The translations under genes were made by a program, and so were the position numbers. The notes below the pieces were generated by a model. That model did no database searches. It saw only the letters and a list, made by a program, of their open reading frames with translations, and was not told the DNA's origin. From the NCBI GenBank assembly GCA_964234715.1, contig OZ174278.1: 64,000 nt of DNA; one strand, given 5' to 3'. Of the stretch, positions 25,696 to 37,930 are shown piece after piece. Origin of the DNA: Podarcis melisellensis (lineage: Eukaryota). Numbering within the stretch: the first letter of the stretch is position 1; every line of letters begins with the position of its first letter.

Positions 25696-27055
25696 GTATA
25701 ACAGCTTTCATTAGACTTTCTCAACAGAAGTCAGAACTGCAATACAGACGCACTGCTTCAAACTAATTGTCACAATGGACTTATCTCATGCAGGACACTT
25801 GGAATAGTGCTCCTTCCTGGCAACAGAGTGACAACTCACTTCATAATTAGGGCATGTCACACTACATGCCATGCATATGCAGAAGAACAGATGCTAGACA
25901 GAAATTATTTCCAGAGGCCATTTTTAATGAAATGTTGTTGCATGCTTCTTTTTTTGTCACTGAGGGAAATTGACCTGTGCCAATAGAGAATTCGGCTAAT
26001 TAATTTGGGGTGCAGGAATGGTTAATGACCACCTGTTGCCCTTTGAGAGATAGATACCCTTCCTTGATGAAATGTAGTTGTTCCATAAGCTGAATTTGTA
26101 AGCTACTAAATTTGGATAACTACCTCTTTGAATGAGATAACTTCAGAAGCTTCAGAAGCATGTGGGATTTTTTGAACTGCTATTCATGGGATGTATTTCT
26201 AGTCCTGAATCATGAATCTTTAATGTGATAATAAATACTGATTATGTATATGCTTTGCTTCCTCTTAGGTGTTACATTATGCTTTCGAAAGCAAAACATG
26301 AATGCCTCAGGATTAGGAAATGAATGTCTGAATTGGTTAATTTCTCTATAAACATAAATCAGCAGTATTAAGTTTAGCGCAACTTGCATGGTGTGACTGT
26401 ATACTGTGTATATCTAGGTCAAACTTTTTACAAAATATTCTTGTGCTGGTTTGGTCATCAGTCAAGGCCTTATTTATCCTCGGCTCACCATTTTTAGCTT
26501 AAACACCATTATTATTTCACTTTCACTTGCTTATTGAAAAATAACACTCAACATCTGTTGGCTTGCAGGGACTGCCTAAGTTTGTACACTACTTTAAAGC
26601 ACTGATAATTTTCTGTTTTGATTATGATGAAGATGAGAACATTTATGATGTAGGATTCCATAATATGAACTACAGAAAGCCTCATAACTAATCAAAGCCA
26701 ATAGTCTGGGTTGGGTTTTTTTTGGGGGGGTGGGTGGCTATTAAATTACACAAGAACTGTGAATGCAGGTGAAATATTTTCTAGAGTCCTTCCATGTTTT
26801 ACATTATTATGTAATTGTCTACCTATTTCCACCATTGTATGTAATCCATTTGTTGTGGTCATCAGGTAACTACTGTAGAACTTCCCTCTGTTTTTTAGCC
26901 ATAGCTATTAAACATCTATTATAAATGAAGCAGAGCTATTTTGCAGTCATTTTGAAAAATACAACTTTAATAACATATTGTACATATCTGGTCAGAAAAT
27001 CAATGGGAGGATTAACCTTTCTCTCTAGTTACAGATTCTCTCTAGTCTTATTTAG

Positions 27056-27121
27056 ACTGCAGTCCTACACTTACATGGGAGTAAATTGCCTCGAACTTCT
27101 AGACACACATAGGATTGCAGT
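27056..27121. mobile_element. Internally deleted copy of the palindromic MITE
   Basis: TIRs ACTGCAGTCCTA / TAGGATTGCAGT and an internal CTTACATGGGAGTAA. Confidence 0.55.
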
Positions 27122-28152
27122 GGTAGTCTACCTCTCCCTCATTTTAGCATTCATTTGTTGAACACTAGGCTATTTTCATCCTCCCCCTTGTTTTCAAGAA
27201 ATGTAATAGCCTCTCATTAAGCCAAGCTAGAAGTACACGCCTCCCTTTGCACCTTCTGCACAGAGAGTAATTGTTCAAATATTAACATGCCCTTCCTATA
27301 CCTTTCTCTTATCCCTGTGTGAATAAGGCCTGCTTATTCAACCTTAAGACAGAGTAAGTTTCCAGAGTGTAAAAAATGGCTGTATAGCTTTAGGTGAGAC
27401 ATTAAATCACCCAGTAATTTAAGCATGAAGAAAGATCTTCAGGGCAAAGTGCTCATTAGAAGCAGCTTTCCTCCTCAGCAGATCAGCACATCGTGTTCTA
27501 GTTGATGGAAACTACTCTTCTCCTTTCCAAACTAACCAGTGTTCCTACATTATAGTCATTATTAATGACATTTTGACTTCTTCCACCTTGGACAATATAA
27601 AAGATAAGCGACTTGGCTTTTAAGAATGCCAAGCTTTTCAAACGCCTACTGACAGAAATGGGAGCTGCAGGTACACAGAAAACCAAGTCGTGCATGGCAG
27701 CGTTTCTCTGCATCAAAAAGTTTAACTTTTTGAAACAGCATTTATGCCCCAGTCTTTTGTCTCTTTCTTGTGGGTTCTGACCAAAGCAACAGATGAAAAA
27801 AGGAGATAAAAGAAATCGCAGATGATTCTGAAGCAAGCAGCCATGCTTCCAAAAAGAGAAAAGACAAGGGGACAACAACTCAGAGGACAGCCAGGCTATT
27901 GGCTGGTTGAAATAAAGTTGTCAGGTGTAATATGTCAGAATGGGTGCCAAATGGATCTTCCAGGTCAGTTAGGTCTGCACTGAACTGTTCAAGACCAAGT
28001 CAGGTTCAAGTGCACTCCCAAAGTGGATATCTAGTTTTTAAGGAAAGTTGAACTCCTATCCCTGTATCAGCAGTGCTACTGGCTAGTGACACTTCTGCCT
28101 TGTATAGATTGAGGCTAAGTACACACAACATGTGTTGTTATGTTGTTTTGTA

Positions 28153-28700
28153 CTAGTAACATCAAGACTGAATTACTGTAATATGCTCTATATTGGGCTA
28201 TCCTTGGGCCTGATCTGGAGGTTCCAGCTGCTGCAAAACACAGTGATTAGATTATTGATGAGCACAGTCTAACATCAATATTGGCTATCCATATACTGCT
28301 GGGCCTGGTTCAGACTTCTTTAATTAATTTACAATACTCTTGACAACTTGCACCCTGCATACCTCAGGACTGCCTGAACCCTTATATCTCTGCTTCATCA
28401 CTGAGATCAAATCATTATTAGTGGTCCCCCATGGCTCAGATACATGACTTGTATTCACAAGGAGTTGTATGTTCAGAACTGTAGGCCCAATTGTGTGAAA
28501 CTTCCAGTTGAGGTGAGACAGGCCCCTCCCTTTGGAACTTATGGCATTTACATAAGATTTATTTTACTCCAGCATGCTTTTTAATTGAATTCTGATATCA
28601 CAGTCTTAACTCGTTTTAGTCTTATTGTATGGGGTCTTCTGTACACCAGTTAGAGACCACTGTGATTAAGTGGTATACAAATTGTTTAATAAAATAAAAT
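28153..28700 (+). mobile_element. L2 LINE ORF2 C-terminal/3' UTR fossil
   Basis: Translates LVTSRLNYCNMLYIGLSLGLIWRFQLLQNTVIRLL, compared with L2 SRLDYCN..L.GLP...LQ.VQN.AARL. AATAAAATAAAAT tail. Confidence 0.85.
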
Positions 28701-31700
28701 TTTATTCTCAACTCAATGAAGACTGAGTACTTGTTTGTTTCTACATCGCCTACACACAATCTGAATCTATTGCATTAAAAAAAATGCCGCTGAAAAATGC
28801 TTCTTGAAAAACTGGCTTCATTCCAAAAATAAAAGCTCATTGCAGAATGATTTTTGATAACCCAGCAGTATGCCCATTTGTAAACAAATGAGGGCAAGTG
28901 TAGGTGGTCCCAGCAATGTGTGGATGTATCCACTCCCACCCAATTACTTTGTTGGTGGGCAGATACCAAGATCACAATTATCACTTCATTCGTCATTCAC
29001 CCATGGCTTGTGTAGGGAGTATAATCAACAGACCATCCATAAATGAGATCAGGCAATCTGGAGTACGACAGAAAGAAAAGTAGTAGCATACCTCAAAAAT
29101 GCTGCACAATCTCCCCCCCCCCCCCGGTGTTTTGATCACTATTGGGGGACAAAGTGGGACTACAGGGATACAACAAATCAATGGGAAAGGTATGAGAAAG
29201 AATTACCCCAGTACTTGTCTCTATACAGATTACAGTATTGATTGATTTAATTCAGATATTGGAAGAGCAGTTCAAGTGGGAAAAACAGTGCAGAAAGCTT
29301 TTTATTCTGCTTCAGCAGTTATGAGCAATTGAGATTTCCATCTCTTGGTTATTGGCAGCTAATGATGCCTGTGGGAGGGACAGGTCTCGCCACAGCTGTT
29401 GTGACTGTCAGGAGCCATTTGGAATATGTCAAAAGAATGGAAGTAGTATTGCCTGAAAATGGCAATTCATAAGACATGTTACCAGGAAGAGAGTACAGAA
29501 ATGGAGAGAGAAAAGAGAGAAGCAGTGTGGAGGTTGGCTGTTATTTTTGTGGGCGTCCTAGTCCTGAGATAGCAACACTTTCTTGTGATAAGCTTCCTGG
29601 CTCTTCATCAAGCTCAGCAGGTTTCCCTAACATGAACGATGGAAAGCATCATCAATCATCAAAGCAGAAGCTGTTTTTCTGGAATCACATTCCAATTAAA
29701 TTAGACAAGAACTGTGAATACAGGTGAAATGTTTTCTTGAATTCTCCCATGTTTTACATTCTTATTATCAACCCCATAGATATCTATGAACATCAGATGT
29801 TGAGTATTAGGGGTGCAGAATTTGGATTTCATTAGCACAGAACTTGAAACAGATAATTTGGCGAACAAAGTATGGACAGTCTTACAAGTTCTTAACACAT
29901 CTTTTCTTTCATAAAAGACTTTAACCAATGCAAAACAAACAAACAAACACCTGCAGCTATGAACACCCATGTTTCTCAGCAAGCCAACTATTTTCTTAAT
30001 GTGTCACTTTTTGTTAACACCCTCAGTTCAAGTGTCCTTCCATTTCTAATATTTGAAAAATAATTATGTGAGTTGCGGAGCAAGTGTAGGATACGAGGTT
30101 TTTCTCCCTTTCTCATAATACTAGCGGTGCTGTGATTTAAGGGCAGACAGGGACATTAGTAGATCACATTCATCTGAAAATGGCTAAGGGAGCCCTGAGA
30201 TGTGTATGGGTGGATGAGCTGGGTCAAGTGGATGTGATCCATCTGTGCCTGCTTGGCTACTCAGTGAAGCACCAACATAGACTGAATGGACTGGGTGTGC
30301 ATTGCTCTGGTCCTTAAATCCTCATTTCCTTCACTAAGAGATTCTCTGTCCTAGGACAGGTTTGATACTACCTTCTACCTTCGTTTTGCAATTTCAAGTT
30401 ACTTGCCACACCAGAACAAAATTAGCATTCACACCAATTAAAGAAGGGGCAACTACATGATGCCCTCTCCATCCTAGTATTGTCCAGATATTTCCCCATT
30501 TAAATACAGTCCCCCCCCAATCCTTAGAAAGCCCCCGGTAGGATCAAAGCCCCCACACTTAAAAGTGAGTAGAGATATGAAACAACACTGGAATGAGAAG
30601 GATATAAAGTATTAATTGGGAAGACAGGCAAGTGCAAATCCACATATCATTCTAGTGTAGACAAGTTCACTGATGCACAGAGCTAGTGGCTGAACCTGAC
30701 GCTTGCTGGTGAAGCAGATCATTAATGGAACAAACACCAAAGAGCTGCTGGAATGCCCCTCTGATCAATGGCTGAATTCCCCCAACTTTGCAGCATGCAA
30801 AAAAGATGGAAAAATTCAGAGGAAATTGAACCAACTCAATATTTATCTTTCTTAAATTCTGACTTCCAGTTTATGCCCGCATATGATTTTACTAGGCAGG
30901 GACTCCTGTTGCATAATTCACTATGAGTGCCAAAGGGATAGCTGATTTGCAACTTGATATTCATGTAGCTCCATTTCCATTGAAGTATCAGTTGTTGAAG
31001 GAGCTTCAGGCTGCAGTTCCACACAGTTAATAGAAGCAGATTTAGTTAAGTTAGATGACACAATCTAGACTGAGCCACCAAGAGTTGCTCTGCTTCTAAA
31101 CACAAGTGAGGTTCTGAACTGAAACACTGTCTTGCAGAGCCTTCCAACGTAAAATAAAATAAATGCTTTTTTCTTCCTTTTAAAAAATAAATCAATACCA
31201 ATTTATTTCAGTGTTTTTTCTTGACTTTTATTATCTGAGTTGCAGTGTAGATAATAGACTGTTTGTGCTATTTTTGTTGTACTCCGGAAGCTTTATCAAT
31301 TAATAAAGGTCCATAAACAGTGTTACGCTGTAATTGCACCTTTGGCTATGCCTTAACATTTGACCACACAACAACTATACTACCTACATACAAAAACATT
31401 TCTTACTTAGAATGGCTCTGGGCACAGGAAATTTTTATCAGCTGTGCTGAAAGTATTTATTCCTTTAATCCTTCCATCTTTTTAGTTTCGAGGCAGAGAA
31501 GAAACTATTCTTTATTTTATCCAGGAAACTATATATCCTCCTTTCTAGATTAAAACTGATACTTGGGAAGTAGTTTACTTAGGAAGAATAAAATACTCCT
31601 GGAGTAATGGCTTATAATTTACTAAGGGGGCTTCTAAATGGGTATGAATTGTGGGATCAGGATTTCCCATGGATGCAATTTCTTTGCAGTGTTCACAGGA

Positions 31701-32535
31701 AGCCAAAATGCCAGCCCCTATTTCCCCTACCTTCAATTTAATCCAGATTTCCCTTTTCTGGGGAAAATCCAATAAGTTAAAAAAAAACAACAACAAGCAA
31801 ACGAACCCGGTTGCAGTATCTAGTAACACTCAAACATCTCACCTGATGATTGCAAAGAGAGAAATGTCACAATTTCTCACTAACTCAACACCTCAGTTTT
31901 GAGATTAACTCTCATACTTGGTGTGTATAGGATGGCAAGGGGGAGCGACTAATAAGGAGAAATACAAAGCAAAGGAATCAAGGCAATGCTGCACACAAAC
32001 ATTAATTGATGGAAGAAGAAGAAATACGAATGCTCAAGGCTACAATCCTACACATAAGGAGGGACATCTTTTTGTGATGTGTTTTGAATACTGCTTTTGA
32101 AAACTGCCTTGCATGTCTAACAAGGTAGGTAGCTAGATATTCAGCCCTTCATTTAAACACGTTTACATGGCAACAAACAAACAACTTTTGTGTGAGCATA
32201 CGATGTTGTGATGCCCCCCTGTGCTATTCTGTATTGCTGTATTGCTGGCATTTTGCATTAGTTCAGATAGGCCTAATCAGCCAGCAAACAAGGGCTTTCC
32301 AGTTAAATCAAATCTGCTCTTAAAGGAATTATTTGGGAACATTGGTTCCCAAAGTAAGTGTTAATGTCATGGCCTTCAGTTGCTTTCCTTCCTCACTTAA
32401 AAGTGGGCTGGAGTGTAAAAGAACATCCCATACATATGCCAGGAAGAGAAGCAGAATACCAAATAAGACTGTTAATGGAATAACCATTACTATTAATAAT
32501 GATTAGGCACCTATTTAAAATAATAGTCATAAGTA

Positions 32536-32752
32536 CGGTGGTACCTCGGGTTACAGACGCTTCAGGTTACAGACTCCACTAACTCAGAAATAGTACCTCG
32601 GGTTAAGAACTTTGCTTCAGGATGACAACAGAACTCTTGAGCGGCAGCAGCGGGAGGCCCCATTAGCTAAAGTGGTACCTCAGGTTAAGAACATTCTCAG
32701 GTTAAGAACGGACCTCCAGAACGAATTAAGTTCTTAACCCCAGGTCCCACTG
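32536..32752. mobile_element. Tc1/mariner (Tigger/pogo-like) MITE, family A
   Basis: TIRs CGGTGGTACCTCGGGTTA / TAACCCCAGGTCCCACTG with TA flanks and repeated internal GGTTAAGAAC units. Confidence 0.88.
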
Positions 32753-33101
32753 TAAATTCCCTTGTGCTCATTTTGAGTTTTCTTCATATATAGATGTAAA
32801 TCCTGAAAAAAATTCAGTGCTACTTCTGTGGCAGTTGTCCCAAATCAGGTCTCCATTTGCCAATAACTGGTTTTGGCTTTTAACATTACCAGGTCCACAA
32901 GCAAATAGAAGCTCTCACTAAGTGATTCAAAGAACATATGAGGTTTCCTCTCCTGATCCCTGTGCATTAAGCATGAGGGTCTGCAAAGAGTCTAATCTCA
33001 TCCAGCTGAATGGGTTAGAATCTCTGCTTTGATCAAGAACCCTGACCCAAGGCATTCTACAATCTCTGACACCGCTGAAGCACCAGGACATCATGCTCCA
33101 A

Positions 33102-33318
33102 GCTAGTGCAGTGTAGTGCTTAGAGTGCTGGACCACAACCTTAGAGACCAGGTTTCAAATCCCCACTCAGCCACAGAGCTTACTGGATGGCCTTAGGCCA
33201 GTGACGAACTCTCACCTAATCCCACCTCACAGGGTTGTTGTGAGGAGGTAATGAGGAAGGGAGAAACATTTGCCAGTATGAACATCTTGGAGGAAAAGCT
33301 GGGTGCTAATGTAATAAA
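33102..33318 (+). mobile_element. tRNA-derived CORE-SINE (MIR-like)
   Basis: A-box-like GTGTAGTGCTTAG, B-box GTTTCAAATCC, core GGATGGCCTTAGGCCAGT, CCTCACAGGGTTGTTGTGAGG and an AATGTAATAAA tail. Confidence 0.75.
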
Positions 33319-34917
33319 GCCTCTTTTTTTACCTCTGACTTAATGGTCGGGGAGGGGGCATAGAGCCATTTGTAGTCAAGTTTAGGAATAGCAGCTTATT
33401 CTGTGGTCTTAATCCCTTAAATCATTAACTATACATGCTAGCTATATAGACTGCTATTTGTCCCACAATTTGATGGTCCCTATTCTTTTTAGTAGTGTAG
33501 TACAGGCTACATTGCCCTTCCTTAAAAGCAAAAAACTTTCTGTCTCTGTGATGTGCTAAACAGCATTCCAAACTGCGATTTCCACCATTTAAAACTGAAG
33601 CTGAATACAAGAAACTAGGTCCAGTTCACTGAACTCACTTGAGCTTTCTTTTGTAGCAGCTGTCATCAAATTAGAGTATAGCTATTACCACACTCCTTTC
33701 TTACATAAAAGGAACTTCACATAGAACGTTTGGGATGGGGGCTGTGTCTTTCTTTTAATGAAAAGCAGCAAAAGTGTTAATTGCATGCTGGCAATAATAC
33801 TATATATTTCTTGGCAATAATGAACTGGTATTTTTATATCTAGAATTTGTCTTTATCTAAATAGCAGATACATATTTGAAAAGCTTTCCCCAAAAAATAA
33901 AATTCAGTGTTTGAAAAAGGTGATAGACTGACAGCTTTATAAATATGCCACCTAATGCTCAAATCTATATATATATATTTTAGCTTTGCTCTGAAGAATG
34001 AGCGTGATGCCATTGTACTGAACGAGAGGCAACTGTGATTTAACACACAGCTCTGTGCAAGGTAAGAAATTTACTATGAGTAAAGATGCATGCTTAAGTC
34101 ATGTTAGTTTTTATTTTATTTTATTATGTTATTTTTTATATGAGCTTTGATAAGCAACCAGCCCTATCTTTACCTTGGCTAGATCAGAACTCCTGCCTCC
34201 TCTCTAAATCTTCCTGCTTCTCAGTCATGTTTGGCATTTTCTCTGATTAGTCAGGATCCTTGTGGGAAGCACAAGCCAGTGTTATCCCAAAGTACGCCTT
34301 TTCTCTTTTTAAGCTTTATTGGAATGGTTGTGGAAGGTGTTAAGCAGAATTACCTCAAGGGTGGCCTACAAAGGCTAGTCCACCTTTAGTCACCCTGTTA
34401 TCACAATAAAAAAAGGGAAGCACTCCTCTCTACTCGCCTTTCCTTATGACAGGAAATTGTTATCTTTCTCTGTCCCCTTCTTCCTTCTTTTCCTAATCTC
34501 AGTTTATCTGAACTGCCATGTTAATCCAAACCCCAATAAATTGCATACTACCTTTCCCACATGGTGCATTTATGCTTCCATGCCTACTTTGCCTGGCTCC
34601 TTCGCATCTGCCTTCTCTCCATACAAAGCACATTCTCTCTACTTATCCCCACTTTTGCAGCAGGAACTACTTAAGATGACGGTGTCCAGTTGGAAATAGT
34701 GGTCCAGACAATGTGGGTGGCCTGTGCAATTTGCAACAACTAAGTGCCTTGTTCTTCTGTATTTCTGTATTGGCACTTCAAGCCTCAAAAGCTGTTTCCT
34801 CATTGCCCACCATTTTGTGTAAAATACTTTAATTATAATGATCATGTGGTTCTTGCTAAATTTCATTGAATAGGCAAGGCAATAGTGGAGTTTTCCAGAG
34901 TGATCATGTTCACTGTA

Positions 34918-35575
34918 CAGTGGTACCTCGGATTACAGACGCTTCAGGTTACAGACTCCACTAACCCAGAAATAGTACCTCAGGTTAAAAACTTTGCTTC
35001 AGGATGCAAACAGAAATCGTGCAGCAACAGAGGGAGGCCCCATTAGCTAAAGTGGTACCTCAGGTTAAGAACAGTTTTGTTACGATATGGATGCAATGCA
35101 GCTGCAAATTGCTAGCTTGAAAACATCACATGATGGAATGTTGGGACTGTTCCGTGGGAAACCGAGGGACAGTCAATTCACAGGGCAATGCACCGGAATT
35201 AGCTCAGAGTGTAATACGAGCTCTTCCTCTTGTTCTTGTACTGGAAGTACAGGAAGTGTTTCTCTCTCAACTGCTGGAACTTGAAGAGAGCAGTCATGTT
35301 TTCTGTAATGCTGCAAAGACAGAAATAAAAGCATGTAGAAACTTTTCCCTGCTGGGAGAGCAGGAGGGAGGGGGGGTGTTCTTGCCACATTTGGGAAGAA
35401 TCGCCTATCGTGACCTAGCCTGGATCTTGCTGGGGAATGCAGCCAGGGAGGTTAACAGGAGACCAAGCCGGGTGCATGGGAGAGCTGCCAGTTTCTCCAG
35501 ATAAAGGCTTGATTTCCGACAAGTTTCAGGTTAAGAATGGACCTCCAGAACGAATTAAGTTCTTAACCCAAGGTA
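34918..35575. mobile_element. Tc1/mariner MITE family A, split by a solo LTR
   Basis: Starts TA|CAGTGGTACCTC. Colinear with 32536-32752 on both sides of the insertion. The right TIR lacks its last 6 nt. Confidence 0.88.
35078..35521 (+). mobile_element. Solo LTR (family 1) nested in MITE
   Basis: TGTTACG...TTCCGACA termini, exact 5-bp TSD AGTTT (35073-35077 / 35522-35526) and AATAAA. Shares GCACCGGA, GTACTGGAAGTACA, AGACAGAAATAAA and TGGGAAGAATCGC with 10501-10969. Confidence 0.9.
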
Positions 35576-37093
35576 AAAAGGTAATAACCTTTGCAGTGTG
35601 CAGTTGGTGCAAGTAAAGACCCCCAAGTGGAAGTGATAGTTCCATGAACATGTGCATAGGACATGGGTTCATGTATATGGATTCACAAGCAGACCTAGTA
35701 ACATACCTGCATCATGATCTCAAAATAGGCTACTGATCTGTATCCCTATATTGCTGAAGCTACTACTTGAGTTAAATTACTTCTGGGGTTTGCTGCTTTC
35801 AGAAGAGTATGGAACTTTCTATTCAGCATTGAGTAAGTGCAGTTTAGCATTAAGTCTGAATGCTAAACTGTGATTAATCTTAACTATTGAAACAAGTCAG
35901 CTTCATAAACCACAGTTTGAAATGGGCTTTCCTTCCCATAAATCATACTTAATACTAACCACAGTTTGCCTGTACTTGGACCCACTGTTAGTTGCAGTTA
36001 GTAAAATGCAAACACAAAAGCTTTTGAAGTCTCTGTATCCCCCAACCAGAAATTCTCTTTCTCATGGAAGGAGAAGGGGAGTCTATGATTCCAAAGCTTC
36101 CCCAAATAGGCCTCTGCCCCTATTTTTCCAACTTGATTTGAAGTTTGTGTTTTTATATTTATTAGAACCAAACCATGTCAGCTTGAGTCAGGCATGCCAA
36201 CTCTGGGGGCCAACTCTTGCCCCCCTTGTTTTAAGGAGGATGGGTCCCCTCAGTCAAGTGGCCAGTTGCTCCAGAGTGCTTGGTCTCCGTCGTGTGCATT
36301 GTGGCATATGCACAATGTGTGAAGGGAGTGATGTCACACACCCGTGATGTGTAACACGCAATGTGCAACACATGACAGGCTCCTTCAATCTTCGGGGCAA
36401 CCCGACACCTCTGGCTTGAGCACAGCTGCAATGATTCTGCTGTCAAACATTTGCCTCATTTTTTTCTGAAAATGCTGATGGCTGAACATACATTTGATGT
36501 GCAAATAAACATCAATTTTTTTTTGCAGGATCAACTTTAGATAGTCGCTGAGAGCAAACATTCAGAAGTGGTCAGTATCTGATAACTGACATTAAGTAGC
36601 AGTGGTCTCTGACAGCATCTGAAATGTAGCAGTTAACATTTGACAATATATGAAACTGACACAAAGTAGAATTAGGTATTGTTAGATAGGAACATCAGTC
36701 ATGATGGCATAGTGAAGCATCAACTCCACAGTATTCTGCCAATAACTTACTGGGTTCCTAGAAGGAAATACGTGTTTTTTCTAGAGTGACCTCTGAGCCA
36801 TTAGCCCGTGTTATTTCATAGAGATTTCACAATGTCCAGTAGTAATAGCAGTTAGCAGCTGGAGGGCAGAAGGAAAAGCAGTGGACAAACATCTAAGTTG
36901 CTCTCTTCATCTCTAAACTGACTTCTCCAGGTTTTCTGTACTCTGCCAGGCCCAATGGAAGCTGAAGTGTCTGGTGAAAGTTCTTTCAACATGGAGAAAA
37001 ATAGGGCAGCCTATCTCTTTGCAGAAGACTAATTGGATATTTTATGGAGGTTCTGCAATTGGCTTTAATTTAAAATGCACAGAAGGCATAAAC

Positions 37094-37554
37094 CAGGGGT
37101 TAGCAAACTTTTTCAGCAGGGGGCCGGTCCACTGTCCCTCAGACCCTGTGGGGGGCTGACTATATTTTGAAGAGGAAAAAATTGATGCAAGAGCACCACG
37201 AGCCCCGGTGGCTGCTTACCTGTGTCTTGCGAGCGGGAGGGGCTGGCGGCAGCGGTGATGGTGGAGAGATGATGAGCGGTGTGAGAAAGAGCTCCGGAGA
37301 GGGGCTGCTTAAAATGGAGGCTGCTTGAGCACTGTTGCTGCTGGCACCAACAAAGCCCAGCCCCCTTCCTCCTCTAGGCAGGGCAGGGAGAAGCAAGGAG
37401 GGAGGGAGGAGGTCTGGTGCCGGCGCCATGTGAGGGAGAGGGAAAGAATGTGCACATTGGCAATCCACAGGGCAATTCCCAGACCGTCTGTGGGCCGGAC
37501 CCTGAAGGCAATTGGGCCTGATCCGGCCTGCGGGCATTAGTTTGCTTACCCATG
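37094..37554. mobile_element. Non-autonomous hAT element
   Basis: TIRs CAGGGGTTAGCAAACT / AGTTTGCTTACCCATG. 8-bp TSD GCATAAAC / GCATAAAG. Subterminal GGGCCGG motifs. Confidence 0.88.
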
Positions 37555-37784
37555 GCATAAAGTAACCAAACAGGCTAAGTAGCAACCCATGAAGCTAGAC
37601 CGGCAAATCGCAAGTATTCCTCCAAATTATATTGCTGACTCACACACATACATACATCATATGTACATCCCTACCACCTTAAATCGTATCTGTGTAAGGG
37701 GTTGCACTTACAGTGAGTGCATTGGAAAATAACCTTGGCTGAAAAGTGGGGTATACCTTTGAACAAGAAAGAAAGAACATTTGG

Positions 37785-37930
37785 CAGTATCTGACAGCGG
37801 ATGTGCAGTAGAAGTCAATATTTGACAGCATTTGATGGATTATTTGCAACAAGAGAGAAGAATAGCAAGCAAAATAAACAAGTCATCAAATGATTAAGCA
37901 TCATTAATTACAATGTTTGGGAATGAAAGC
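37785..37930. promoter_or_regulatory. Candidate Pbx-Hox/Meis enhancer element
   Basis: TGACAG at 37792 and 37823, TGATGGAT at 37833, AAATAAACA at 37872 and CATTAATTA at 37902, all in unique sequence. Confidence 0.4.

Noticed and set aside
30900-31043. Minus-strand open frame KSASINCVELQPEAPSTT...
   Set aside because: Short, with no splice signals or recognisable family.
32536-32752. Regularly spaced GGTTAAGAAC repeats resembling a CRISPR array
   Set aside because: They are internal repeats of a TA-flanked MITE with the same spacers in other copies. The context is vertebrate and there are no cas genes.
10501-35521. Two same-orientation LTRs read as the ends of one 25-kb provirus
   Set aside because: Each LTR has its own different TSD, they are clearly diverged, and no gag/pol remnant lies between them.
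35839-35870. Perfect 12-bp stem CAGTTTAGCATT-loop-AATGCTAAACTG
   Set aside because: Lies at the edge of a decayed repeat with recurring AACCACAGTTT motifs, so it is most likely MITE-derived.
37094-37554. CpG-rich patches (also 25415-25695) read as CpG-island promoters
   Set aside because: Their boundaries coincide with hAT TIRs and TSDs, so they are young transposons.
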